A stretch of 64,000 nucleotides of DNA from assembly GCA_024674815.1 (NCBI GenBank), contig GCA_024674815.1_4104.1; one strand, 5' to 3'. The translations under genes were made by a program, and so were the position numbers. Source of the stretch: a phage. Below the pieces are notes generated by a model. It saw nothing but the letters and a program-made list of their open reading frames with translations. It was not told the DNA's origin and ran no database searches. Shown piece by piece: positions 8,279 through 16,495 of the stretch. Each line of letters starts with the position of its first letter. Position 1 is the stretch's first letter.

Positions 8279-8761
8279 TTATGCTTCAACTTTGCGATGA
8301 GCTTCGATCCATTCCTCGCGAGTCATACCGCTTTCTTTGATAGCGTCCAGTACTACCGCAATGCAGTTACCGCGTACAGGAATCAAATGTTCTTCACCGT
8401 TATCAAGTACTACAGTAACACGTTCTTGAATCCATTTTTTAGGTTTAGATTCCGGCTTATCTTCACCGTACTTAACCGCCAGGGCTTTATGTGCCATTTC
8501 AACAACCACTTCCAGATCCAATCCAGACACCGCCGCCTGGATACTTTCAATTGTTGCTTGCAGTTCGGCTTCACGGGCTTTTTTCTGTTCTTCCAGTTCT
8601 GCTACCTTTTTGGCTTGTAATTCTTTCGCTTCACTGTAAGCAATGTTAAAATTGTTGCGTACAGCTTTCATGGTATCGTTATCCAGGTCAGCCAGCAATT
8701 CAGCAGCAATAACAGTATCGTTTGAAATCAGTGCTTTCAGGAATGATTTTACATTAGCCAT
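8279..8761 (-). CDS. hypothetical coiled-coil protein (160 aa)
   Basis: ATG with GAGGA SD; track start is TTG. Confidence 0.6.
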   Translation of the reverse strand: MANVKSFLKALISNDTVIAAELLADLDNDTMKAVRNNFNIAYSEAKELQAKKVAELEEQKKAREAELQATIESIQAAVSGLDLEVVVEMAHKALAVKYGEDKPESKPKKWIQERVTVVLDNGEEHLIPVRGNCIAVVLDAIKESGMTREEWIEAHRKVEA

Positions 8762-8956
8762 TTTATAAATCCTCAATTAAAGTTTAGTTTACGTTTATTA
8801 GTGTATCAAAGTTTTATCGACGTGTCCAGTTTTTCGTTCGACTTACTGGCGGTCTACTTAGTGCTCCCCGTCTTGATGTAATACATTCTACGCCTTTTTG
8901 TGGTAATGTCAACTACTTTTTTAAAACTATTTTTAAAGTATGCAGTACTACAAAAC

Positions 8957-8982
8957 AAAAAAGCCCACTGTTTAAGGTGGGC
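8957..8982 (-). terminator. intrinsic terminator (copy of 8231-8256)
   Basis: same hairpin + U-run. Confidence 0.6.
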
Positions 8983-9000
8983 TAGTGATTCAGTACTATA

Positions 9001-9300
9001 TTATAAACAGTTAATTACTCCGGTGTGCGTTACTTTCTCAGTATCCATAACCGTGACCGATCCACGCTTAGTACTTGCATCATAATAAATTGTTGTGCTA
9101 CCGTTTTCGTCTTCTTCATGGAACGGCCCGTTTTTAAATGCTTCTGGCTGGATCTCTAAATCCTTTAAAACAATCTCGCCTGTACTTTCATTGGTCATCG
9201 CTACCGTGCACTGAATGAATTTTTCACTACTTACATCTAACGACGCATTAACAGCGAAAGAGGAAACAGATAAAGCCAGGGCGATGATTGCAATTTTCAT
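9001..9300 (-). CDS. secreted/periplasmic small protein (99 aa)
   Basis: N-terminal signal-peptide-like MKIAIIALALSVSSFA. Confidence 0.6.
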   Translation of the reverse strand: MKIAIIALALSVSSFAVNASLDVSSEKFIQCTVAMTNESTGEIVLKDLEIQPEAFKNGPFHEEDENGSTTIYYDASTKRGSVTVMDTEKVTHTGVINCL

Positions 9301-9320
9301 TTGATTATCCTTAGTTACCA

Positions 9321-9379
9321 GGGGAAACCGTTTCCCCTTGCGATGTAAAATATTATACAGTACTAAAAACTAATTGCAA
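9321..9379 (-). promoter_or_regulatory. PeSL-like cassette
   Basis: TTGCAA-16-TATAAT; hairpin. Confidence 0.55.
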
Positions 9380-9384
9380 GTACT

Positions 9385-9621
9385 TTATGATTTTTTATAA
9401 AACATTTCGGCAGTGATATTTTTACCCGTTGGTTGTACTTTATCCAGAATTTTTTGATGCCCTGGCCGTCCAAATGAATATGATCCGTAAACCGTAAACC
9501 AGTAGTTACCCTCAGTGTTTACATGTACAGCACAATAGGGAACGCCCCGCGATTCATCACCAATAAAGTGTGATACCGTTCCCGTTACATTAGCAGACGT
9601 TGATTTGATTTGTTCAAGCAT
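9385..9621 (-). CDS. hypothetical protein (78 aa)
   Basis: ATG ORF; cassette 9643-9694. Confidence 0.5.
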   Translation of the reverse strand: MLEQIKSTSANVTGTVSHFIGDESRGVPYCAVHVNTEGNYWFTVYGSYSFGRPGHQKILDKVQPTGKNITAEMFYKKS

Positions 9622-9728
9622 TTTCTTATTCCTTAGTTACCAGGGGAACCGCTCCCCTATGCAAAACATTATACGCGTTTAAAAACTATTAGCAAGTATT
9701 TTAATAAAAAGTATTTGAAAAATAGTTG

Positions 9729-9757
9729 TTGACAAGTGCATCCAGTACTGGCATAAT
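9729..9757 (+). promoter_or_regulatory. plus-strand sigma70-type promoter
   Basis: TTGACA-17-CATAAT on plus strand, no ORF downstream. Confidence 0.5.
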
Positions 9758-9763
9758 TACTAC

Positions 9764-9868
9764 ATCAAGACGAAACAGTCACTAACCCACCGGGTGCCGA
9801 GATCCGTCTATTAAATGATTCAGTACTGAAAAAGTAACGGGGAGTTATTATCTCCCCGCGTTGTTATT
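9764..9868 (+). ncRNA. candidate ~100-nt small RNA
   Basis: promoter 9729-9757, conserved CACUAACCCACCGGGUGC motif, hairpin+U-run terminator 9838-9870. Confidence 0.3.
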
Positions 9869-10085
9869 TGGTAAGGTATAAACAGAAGTCACCTTTATTT
9901 GCTACGCCGCCAGTGTAACGCGATGAATAGTTAGAAATATCTTGTACTTCTGCTATTACCAGTGTATCATCATTCATTTCGTCGCAGAAGCAAACGGCTG
10001 GATCTTTTACGCCGATATTGTCTGCATGTTCCCGCATAGATTTAACCAGTGCTTCCAGTTGAGAAAGAGTAGTGATATTAGCCAT
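9864..10085 (-). CDS. hypothetical protein (73 aa)
   Basis: ATG with GAGGA SD; cassette 10105-10163. Confidence 0.5.
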   Translation of the reverse strand: MANITTLSQLEALVKSMREHADNIGVKDPAVCFCDEMNDDTLVIAEVQDISNYSSRYTGGVANKGDFCLYLTK

Positions 10086-10169
10086 TTTATTTTCCTCATT
10101 ACCAGGGAGAACCATTTCTCCCCTTGATGTAAACTATTATACAGTACTAAAAACTAATTGCAAGTACTT

Positions 10170-10358
10170 TTAATTAAATTCCATAAAATCATTTTCAACG
10201 TGCACAACAATCTGATTATTTTTAAAGGACGCAGAAAACTCTATACAATCATAAACCGCTTTTTCTGTTACCAGACTATGAGCACCAATCGGATTAATTG
10301 GGGATTGAATTGTTTCAATCTCGTTACCTTGTTCATTAACGATTAAAATATTAAACAT
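10170..10358 (-). CDS. hypothetical protein (62 aa)
   Basis: ATG ORF. Confidence 0.45.
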   Translation of the reverse strand: MFNILIVNEQGNEIETIQSPINPIGAHSLVTEKAVYDCIEFSASFKNNQIVVHVENDFMEFN

Positions 10359-10397
10359 TGCCGTTACTCCTGGATAGTGTTAACTCGATATAAAGTA

Positions 10398-10580
10398 TTA
10401 TACGCCTTTATTGCTTAGTGTCCAGTGATCACGCATCATACGCCCCGCACGATCCCAGCTAGTAGGCATGGGTATGCCTTGCAATTCGTTAGGGGAGATC
10501 TCGACCTCGATCCCTACATCAATAACAGTCATTCCAGCTTTCGCAGCTTGCTCGCGGATAACCTCAGATAATGTTGTCAT
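10398..10580 (-). CDS. hypothetical protein (60 aa)
   Basis: ATG ORF. Confidence 0.45.
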   Translation of the reverse strand: MTTLSEVIREQAAKAGMTVIDVGIEVEISPNELQGIPMPTSWDRAGRMMRDHWTLSNKGV

Positions 10581-10654
10581 GATTAAAGCTCCTGGATAGT
10601 GTTAACTCGATATAAAGTATTATACAGTACTGAAAACTAATTGCAAGTACTTTT

Positions 10655-10915
10655 TCAATATTGTTTGTCGTTGTCTTCCTCGATGAATTGACCGACGAAA
10701 TGATCTACTTTCGCTTTGAGGCTTTTATAATCTTCTTCTACTTCCTTTAAACGTTCCTGGTAGTATTCCAGGGCTTGAATATACGCCGCCTCAGCAGTTT
10801 TTGCACGCATAGCTAAATTCATTCCACGCGTTTCATCAAATAGCCAATAACCATCGGTGCAATGACTGATAGATAATGATTTACTTAGTACTGTATAGGC
10901 AATTACTTTACTCAT
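10655..10915 (-). CDS. hypothetical protein (86 aa)
   Basis: ATG ORF. Confidence 0.5.
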   Translation of the reverse strand: MSKVIAYTVLSKSLSISHCTDGYWLFDETRGMNLAMRAKTAEAAYIQALEYYQERLKEVEEDYKSLKAKVDHFVGQFIEEDNDKQY

Positions 10916-10972
10916 TAGATAACCCTCAGTAAAGGCGGGAACTATTACCCGCCATTATCTCAGTACTGAATA

Positions 10973-11212
10973 TTACATTCCAACCATTGCAGCACGGATC
11001 GCAGTAGTGCTATACTTAAAGCCGTCCGGCGTTGTAGTAGTACCGTTGGCTTTTAATCTGCGGTACATACATTCCGCAGCAATATCTTTAGTTCTACTTT
11101 GTGCGATGCAACTTTGAGCAAGCCGATACAATGACTCACCGTTATTAATCCAAAGGCTTACATTCCAATGAGTTTTGTTTTTGTGTCCGTTGTAAGTTTT
11201 AGTACTAGCCAT
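10973..11212 (-). CDS. hypothetical protein, paralog A of 13014-13253 (79 aa)
   Basis: shared GHKNKTHWNVSLWINN and TPDGFKYSTTAIRAAMVGM termini. Confidence 0.55.
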   Translation of the reverse strand: MASTKTYNGHKNKTHWNVSLWINNGESLYRLAQSCIAQSRTKDIAAECMYRRLKANGTTTTPDGFKYSTTAIRAAMVGM

Positions 11213-11230
11213 TTTTAAATCCTCGTTTGA

Positions 11231-11290
11231 GCGGGGAACCACTCCCCGCCTCGATATAAAGTATTATACGCTTTTAAACTTAGTTTGCAA
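11231..11290 (-). promoter_or_regulatory. PeSL-like cassette
   Basis: TTGCAA-16-TATAAT; hairpin GCGGGGAGUGGUUCCCCGC. Confidence 0.55.
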
Positions 11291-11302
11291 GTACTTTTTA
11301 AA

Positions 11303-11914
11303 TTAATATTCGATTGATTCCACTACTCCATCAATAACATTGAATTGATATTCGTTACCCTCAATCAGTGCTGTAATGTTTTCAGTAGTGAATTGATCCT
11401 CATATGCATTCTCTAAATCACGGTACAACTTGCGGGATAATTCACGAATAGTTTCAGTGAGTAGTTCCTCAAGCTCATTAACTAACGTTTCTTGTTTTGC
11501 GGTTAAATCAGTGTAAGCCGATTCAATGTACCCGCTTACAGTATTCTCATGCGAGTAGTGGGAGTGCGAACGCTTTACACTCATCGCCAAATCATCTTCA
11601 TTCAGCAAGTGACGGATTGAGCGATACTTAGTTAATGCTCTTACCTTGCGTAAAAACTTCACTGCGTCAACGTGGTCAGTACTGATTGATGCACCGTCAC
11701 CCTGGGACCAAAAGCCACTGAATCGTAAATCAGCGTCAGTAATGCCATATTCCGGTAGTACTGTTTCTTTATAGTATTCAATTTCACTTTCAGAAAAATA
11801 ATCATCGTTTAAGTTTTTTTCACGTTCCCGAACCAGTTCGATAGCTGACGTTTGTTGTTCTGCGTTCAATTCAGAAAAAGCCATAACATAAGTAGTAGTA
11901 GTGATAGTTTTCAT
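11303..11914 (-). CDS. acidic hypothetical protein (203 aa)
   Basis: ATG ORF, D/E-rich. Confidence 0.6.
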   Translation of the reverse strand: MKTITTTTYVMAFSELNAEQQTSAIELVREREKNLNDDYFSESEIEYYKETVLPEYGITDADLRFSGFWSQGDGASISTDHVDAVKFLRKVRALTKYRSIRHLLNEDDLAMSVKRSHSHYSHENTVSGYIESAYTDLTAKQETLVNELEELLTETIRELSRKLYRDLENAYEDQFTTENITALIEGNEYQFNVIDGVVESIEY

Positions 11915-11984
11915 TTTGTAACCCTCATTCAGTAGTTGATGTAAGTATTATACGCTTTTAAAAACAATTGTCAAACTATTTTAT

Positions 11985-12060
11985 CAGGGGAGTTTTTCGT
12001 GTGCCTTACTCCTGGGCTACTTAATGGGGAGTTACTTATTTCGTTCCCCGTCCTGATGTA
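11985..12060 (-). other. conserved structured leader element (copy 3)
   Basis: near-identical to 1163-1234. Confidence 0.4.
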
Positions 12061-12139
12061 AAACATTATACGCCTTTAAACATAGTTTGCAAGTACTTTT
12101 TAAAAATAGTTTTCTGTACTGAATAGTAAAAAAAAAGTA

Positions 12140-12168
12140 TTGACAGCATTATCAAGTACTGGCATAAT
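12140..12168 (+). promoter_or_regulatory. plus-strand sigma70-type promoter
   Basis: TTGACA-17-CATAAT; conserved motif downstream. Confidence 0.5.
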
Positions 12169-12283
12169 ATACCCCATGACAACAGCTAACCCACCGGGTG
12201 CACAATTGTAACTGTAATAAACTACTTTTTCTATAGATACACTCCCGCACCCTATGGGCTACGGCTTATCTGCCAATGAATAC

Positions 12284-12312
12284 ATTATGCCAGTACTGAC
12301 AAAATAAGTCAA
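12284..12312 (-). promoter_or_regulatory. minus-strand promoter convergent with 12140-12168
   Basis: TTGACT-17-CATAAT; conserved motif downstream. Confidence 0.5.
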
Positions 12313-12342
12313 TACCGGCAATTGTAAAGATTTGTAAACTGC

Positions 12343-12573
12343 TTATACTGCAATCGCGTCCAGGCTGTAATAATAATAAGTGCCGTATTGGTGTACTTTA
12401 TTACCTTTTATTTCAGTACTGAATGAATCCGAACGGTTTGCATATGATGTTAATTTAAAGTACTTTGATTTGCTGATACGTTGCCATACACCACAGATCC
12501 GCTGTAAGTAAGTAGTTTTATTCGTGGTAGTATCTTTTACGGTTTTAACTTCAGTCATATACATATTAGTCAT
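12343..12573 (-). CDS. hypothetical protein (76 aa)
   Basis: ATG ORF; cassette 12595-12653. Confidence 0.5.
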   Translation of the reverse strand: MTNMYMTEVKTVKDTTTNKTTYLQRICGVWQRISKSKYFKLTSYANRSDSFSTEIKGNKVHQYGTYYYYSLDAIAV

Positions 12574-12660
12574 TTTTATTACTCCAGGTTATAGGCGGGA
12601 AGAGTTCCCGCTCTCGATGTAAAACATTATACGCCTTTAAACATAGTTTGCAAGTACTTT

Positions 12661-12927
12661 TTATTCAAGTACTGCAATCTTTTTAGTACGGTACACGGTC
12701 ACGCGGTTGCCCTTTCGGTCGAGCTTTATTTCTACCACTCGACGCGATACACTATCGGGACTTTTTAAGGCCGCTAACCAGTACTGTAATGATCTGGCGG
12801 TACTACGCTTTACAATGGCCCAACGTTTACCACGTTCCGATTGTACGCCCATATCTTTAAACGTTGCCCCGTCCTGGCGAGCGGCGATCCGAGCTTGTTC
12901 ACGCGTCGCAAAATACTTAATATTCAT
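12661..12927 (-). CDS. basic hypothetical protein (88 aa)
   Basis: internal ATG; track start is GTG in promoter. Confidence 0.45.
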   Translation of the reverse strand: MNIKYFATREQARIAARQDGATFKDMGVQSERGKRWAIVKRSTARSLQYWLAALKSPDSVSRRVVEIKLDRKGNRVTVYRTKKIAVLE

Positions 12928-13013
12928 GCTGTTGCCCTTATCGTTGGTGTATGAATAAAACACTATTATAAAGTACTATCGCAAAAAAATGATAGTACTT
13001 TAAATAAATTCTA

Positions 13014-13253
13014 TTACATTCCAACCATCGCCGCACGGATCGCAGTAGTGCTATATTTGAATCCGTCCGGTGTTTTATCTTGTCCAGTCTGTTCTAAAAA
13101 TAACATCATATGACGGGCCGCATCATTGCGATTAGTGCTATCGTTAATAAAGTCCTGGGCCAACCGGTATAATGATTCATCGTTATTAATCCAAAGGCTT
13201 ACATTCCAATGAGTTTTGTTTTTGTGACCTAAGAACATTTTTGATTTAGCCAT
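13014..13253 (-). CDS. hypothetical protein, paralog B of 10973-11212 (79 aa)
   Basis: conserved termini, variable middle; cassette 13273-13330. Confidence 0.55.
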   Translation of the reverse strand: MAKSKMFLGHKNKTHWNVSLWINNDESLYRLAQDFINDSTNRNDAARHMMLFLEQTGQDKTPDGFKYSTTAIRAAMVGM

Positions 13254-13345
13254 TTTTTAATCCTCTTATATAGTGGGGAACTATTCCCCACCTGATGTAA
13301 AACATTATACGCTTTTAAACTTAGTTTGCAAGTACTTTATTAAAC

Positions 13346-13708
13346 TTATTTGTAAATTTTGCCACTGTCAGCCCATACCAGGAAACGAGGCATATTATCC
13401 CATGCATCTTGTTTTAAGTTTAAGCCGTGCAATTCCTCAGTTGTTGCCATCCCTGGTACTGGCTTACTACACACCGCGAAATTTTCGCCCATGTACTGAT
13501 AAACCATCGTTAAATCATTTGAGATCATTACATGGATCATTGAATCAAGCATCAAAGTAGCGGCGTATTGTTCACGCTTAAGCGGCAACATTGCAATAAG
13601 TTCCCGATAAGCTGCAATGTGAATTTTTACAGTTTCAGCCGGAAGACCTTTCATCTCATCGCGGAAGTTTACCAGGTTAAGCATGATTTTATTGATTTGA
13701 GTCGCCAT
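13346..13708 (-). CDS. hypothetical protein (120 aa)
   Basis: internal ATG after cassette hairpin 13733-13749. Confidence 0.55.
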   Translation of the reverse strand: MATQINKIMLNLVNFRDEMKGLPAETVKIHIAAYRELIAMLPLKREQYAATLMLDSMIHVMISNDLTMVYQYMGENFAVCSKPVPGMATTEELHGLNLKQDAWDNMPRFLVWADSGKIYK

Positions 13709-13823
13709 CGTTTTAATCTCTCTTAATGTGTAGCGGGAAGTGTTCCCGCTCTCGATGTAAAACATTATACGCTTTTATCAGTACGGTGCAAGTACTTTCT
13801 ACAAATACTTTTAAAATAGTTTT

Positions 13824-13919
13824 CTTTCTATATAGGAGTACTATTATTCAGTACTGAATCAATCCAGGGGAACTATCTTTCTATATAGGAGTACTATTAT
13901 TCAGTACTGAATCAATCCA
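13824..13919. repeat. 2 x 43-bp direct repeat
   Basis: unit TCTTTCTATATAGGAGTACTATTATTCAGTACTGAATCAATCCA twice, 53-bp period. Confidence 0.6.
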
Positions 13920-14071
13920 CCAAATCACTACTACACCCCATAAAACGGCCTCAGACGCATTCTAACGCATTAATACACATAAGCTATACATTTGCACCAT
14001 TCCAATCATTCCAGGGCTTTACAGGCCGTTTAAACGCGTTAAATTATTTTCAATTATTTTGTTTTTAGGTA

Positions 14072-14099
14072 TTGACTTGATCCTGAAAAAGCGTATAAT
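14072..14099 (+). promoter_or_regulatory. plus-strand sigma70-type promoter
   Basis: TTGACT-16-TATAAT. Confidence 0.5.
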
Positions 14100-14103
14100 T
14101 ACT

Positions 14104-14165
14104 ACATAGACGCGAGAAAGCGGAAACCCCAGAGGGTGCGGAATTACGCCCAAAATTCAAGATAT
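14104..14165 (+). ncRNA. candidate small RNA A
   Basis: own promoter; shares GAGAAAG..GGGUGC..UUACGCCCAAAAUUCA with 14318-14380. Confidence 0.3.
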
Positions 14166-14287
14166 AAAAAAAGGATACACTCCCGCACCCTAGCAGGTAA
14201 ACGCACTTTCTCAGTACTGAAATATAGTACCATAGTCCGGCCCAGGATAGCAAGCAAATTAATTAAAACTTTTTTGCTTCCAGGGTA

Positions 14288-14315
14288 TTGCTTTATTTTT
14301 TCAGTACTGTATAAT
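14288..14315 (+). promoter_or_regulatory. plus-strand promoter
   Basis: TTGCTT-16-TATAAT. Confidence 0.45.
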
Positions 14316-14317
14316 AG

Positions 14318-14380
14318 TTCCATCAAGTCGAGAAAGACTCAAGCCCACCGGGTGCATAGTTACGCCCAAAATTCAGTACT
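14318..14380 (+). ncRNA. candidate small RNA B (paralog of A)
   Basis: conserved sequence blocks with 14104-14165. Confidence 0.3.
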
Positions 14381-14534
14381 GAAAAATTTTTAAAAATATC
14401 CGGCCAGGTCGTTGACATTGCCCCCAGTTTATAAGATAATGATTCCAGATTCAGAAAAATCTAACTACAGATACTGCGGGGAAACTATCCCCACGCGGTA
14501 GGGGAACTATTGGAAAAACAAAATAAAATTTTGA

Positions 14535-14680
14535 TTTAGCCGTCTATACTTCCAGACGTGTAACCATCTAGCCGTTTAGCCGTCTAGCCATCCAGCCATC
14601 CAGAAATCTAGCCGTTTAGCCGTCTAGATGGATAGCCATCTTTACTTCCAGACTTCTGGAGGGCTAGACATATCTACGTC
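14535..14680. repeat. iteron-like short direct/inverted repeat array
   Basis: repeated TAGCCGTCT/AGCCATCC units, palindrome CCATCTAGATGG, CTTCCAGAC x2. Confidence 0.5.
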
Positions 14681-15708
14681 CAAAATCCATCCAGGGTAAC
14701 TACACCCAAAATCCGTCAGTACTATACCATAGATCTATCTTTTGAAAGGGAGTATTCAGTACTGCCATCATAGCCCTCACTATGTTACCCTAGGAGGATG
14801 AAGACTATCATGTAGTACTGAATACTGTTAGAGGGAATCCACCAGCTTGTGCTGGTGGCATAATGCTTTAGATTAAAATCAGTACTGACACCATTCTGTT
14901 AATATCAGTACTGTTATTACAATTTTCATATGAGGTTCAAAAAGATGTACCACCACAGGAGGAACTATCTTTTCTGTACTGTCTCACGACAGGAGGTAGA
15001 GTAAATGAATTGTTCGCAGCAACTCATCTCTCTATGTAGAACATTATACAGTACTGAATCATAATGTCAATAACTTTCTTTCACCATTCAGTACTGATAT
15101 TCTTGAGAACTACCCGTCTACAAACATCATTATATCCCACAAATCATAAACGTCCCAACGTAAATTTCAACTTTCGAAGATCCAACTTTTATTTCATAGG
15201 TACTCCAAAATTTTTAGGATCGAGATTTAGGATGGAGTACTAACCAACTTTTTGCTGGAGCCTCAAGGGGTAATTGAATTTTACCCCGAAGGGTAAAAGG
15301 GTAATTGTAATTAAGGTGAAAGTAATAATTCAGTACTAATCATTGCGTGATTACTTTTGATTACATTTGATGTAATTTGCAAAATGGAAAAGGAGCTTGG
15401 AAACTACAAAGTACGGCAGACTTCCTCTGCCTACTTAGTGGCATATCAGTACTGAATCATTCACACACATTTCCGTGCATTCTTGAGCAATCTTGTCTAT
15501 ACTAATCAGTACTGAATCATATATAATCATTCTGTGATTCTACGGTGCTCATATAAATGTTTATATATGATTACTTATGACTACCTATGATTACGGGGTT
15601 TAGCCTGGGGAGAATCCTAGTGATCGCATTTGTCCAGGCTGAATTTTAACAATTCGCCTGTACATAAAGGTTGTTCACTAGGAGCTTCCCCTGTCTCTAT
15701 GTGTTTAA

Positions 15709-15900
15709 TTACTTTCTATATATAAGCATTAAGATATAGTAGTACTGATTATACTGTACATTCTCTTTAATATTATAAGGGTCTATAGCAATCTCGGTAC
15801 ATCTGTTAAATGCATATCTATTAAATGCCAGTGGAATTATAGATCTAATCCATACTTGTTCATTTTCTTTTAGTTTACTTATATAGAAGTTTTTATACAT
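15709..15900 (-). CDS. small tandem-paralog family protein S1 (63 aa)
   Basis: family: N-term M-x-(K/E)-(E/H)-(F/Y)-Y, hydrophobic C-term; tightly packed array. Confidence 0.55.
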   Translation of the reverse strand: MYKNFYISKLKENEQVWIRSIIPLAFNRYAFNRCTEIAIDPYNIKENVQYNQYYYILMLIYRK

Positions 15901-15915
15901 AGTATTCTCTATTAA

Positions 15916-16098
15916 TTAATATGATAGTACTAGTGTTAGTACTGAGCACAATTGTTCTTTATAGTTCTTATGGTATATAGAATCTTTTATGCACTCATTG
16001 AAGTGCCATAGGTATAATCTTGGGTCGCATTCTTTATATATTCTTACGGGGACGAATGTTAGTTTTCGTATATAGAATTCTTTATGTTCTTTATTCAT
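15916..16098 (-). CDS. small tandem-paralog family protein S2 (60 aa)
   Basis: MNKEHKEFY...; family member. Confidence 0.55.
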   Translation of the reverse strand: MNKEHKEFYIRKLTFVPVRIYKECDPRLYLWHFNECIKDSIYHKNYKEQLCSVLTLVLSY

Positions 16099-16099
16099 A

Positions 16100-16288
16100 T
16101 TAGTACCTGAATATAAGTAGGATTATGTTATAGTACTGGTTAGTACTGCAATGATTCTCTATACATCGATTAACAGTTATGGAATAGCTATATCTGGCGT
16201 AAGCATTATCCAGGGGGATTTTACATTGAGCACTTAGAGAAAGTACAGTAGGTAGTGTATTCAAATAGAAGTCTTTGTAATTATTCAT
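16100..16288 (-). CDS. small tandem-paralog family protein S3 (62 aa)
   Basis: ends ...LLIFRY; 1-nt spacing to S2. Confidence 0.55.
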   Translation of the reverse strand: MNNYKDFYLNTLPTVLSLSAQCKIPLDNAYARYSYSITVNRCIENHCSTNQYYNIILLIFRY

Positions 16289-16490
16289 ACAGGAATAGTA
16301 TACCTATGATGCCGGAGTACAGGTTAGTACTGTTACCATCTTCATTTGCGTTTAAAGTCATTTGAATACAATTATTGTAGCATACTCTGCCGAAAAATGT
16401 ATTAGTACTTAAAGGTGGAGTAGTCCTTAGAAACATTTGTTCTGAGGGGCTTATGTATTTGGAGTAGAATTCTTTATGTTCTTTATTCAT
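16281..16490 (-). CDS. small tandem-paralog family protein S4 (69 aa)
   Basis: MNKEHKEFY...; overlaps S3 start by 8 nt. Confidence 0.55.
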   Translation of the reverse strand: MNKEHKEFYSKYISPSEQMFLRTTPPLSTNTFFGRVCYNNCIQMTLNANEDGNSTNLYSGIIGILFLYE

Positions 16491-16495
16491 ATTAG

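Noticed and set aside
13790-15705. tRNA genes in the ORF-free hub (expected near denV/e in T4)
   Set aside because: No cloverleaf-compatible sequence (GTTC-type T-loop with matching acceptor stem) could be recognised by eye; tRNAscan-SE would be decisive.
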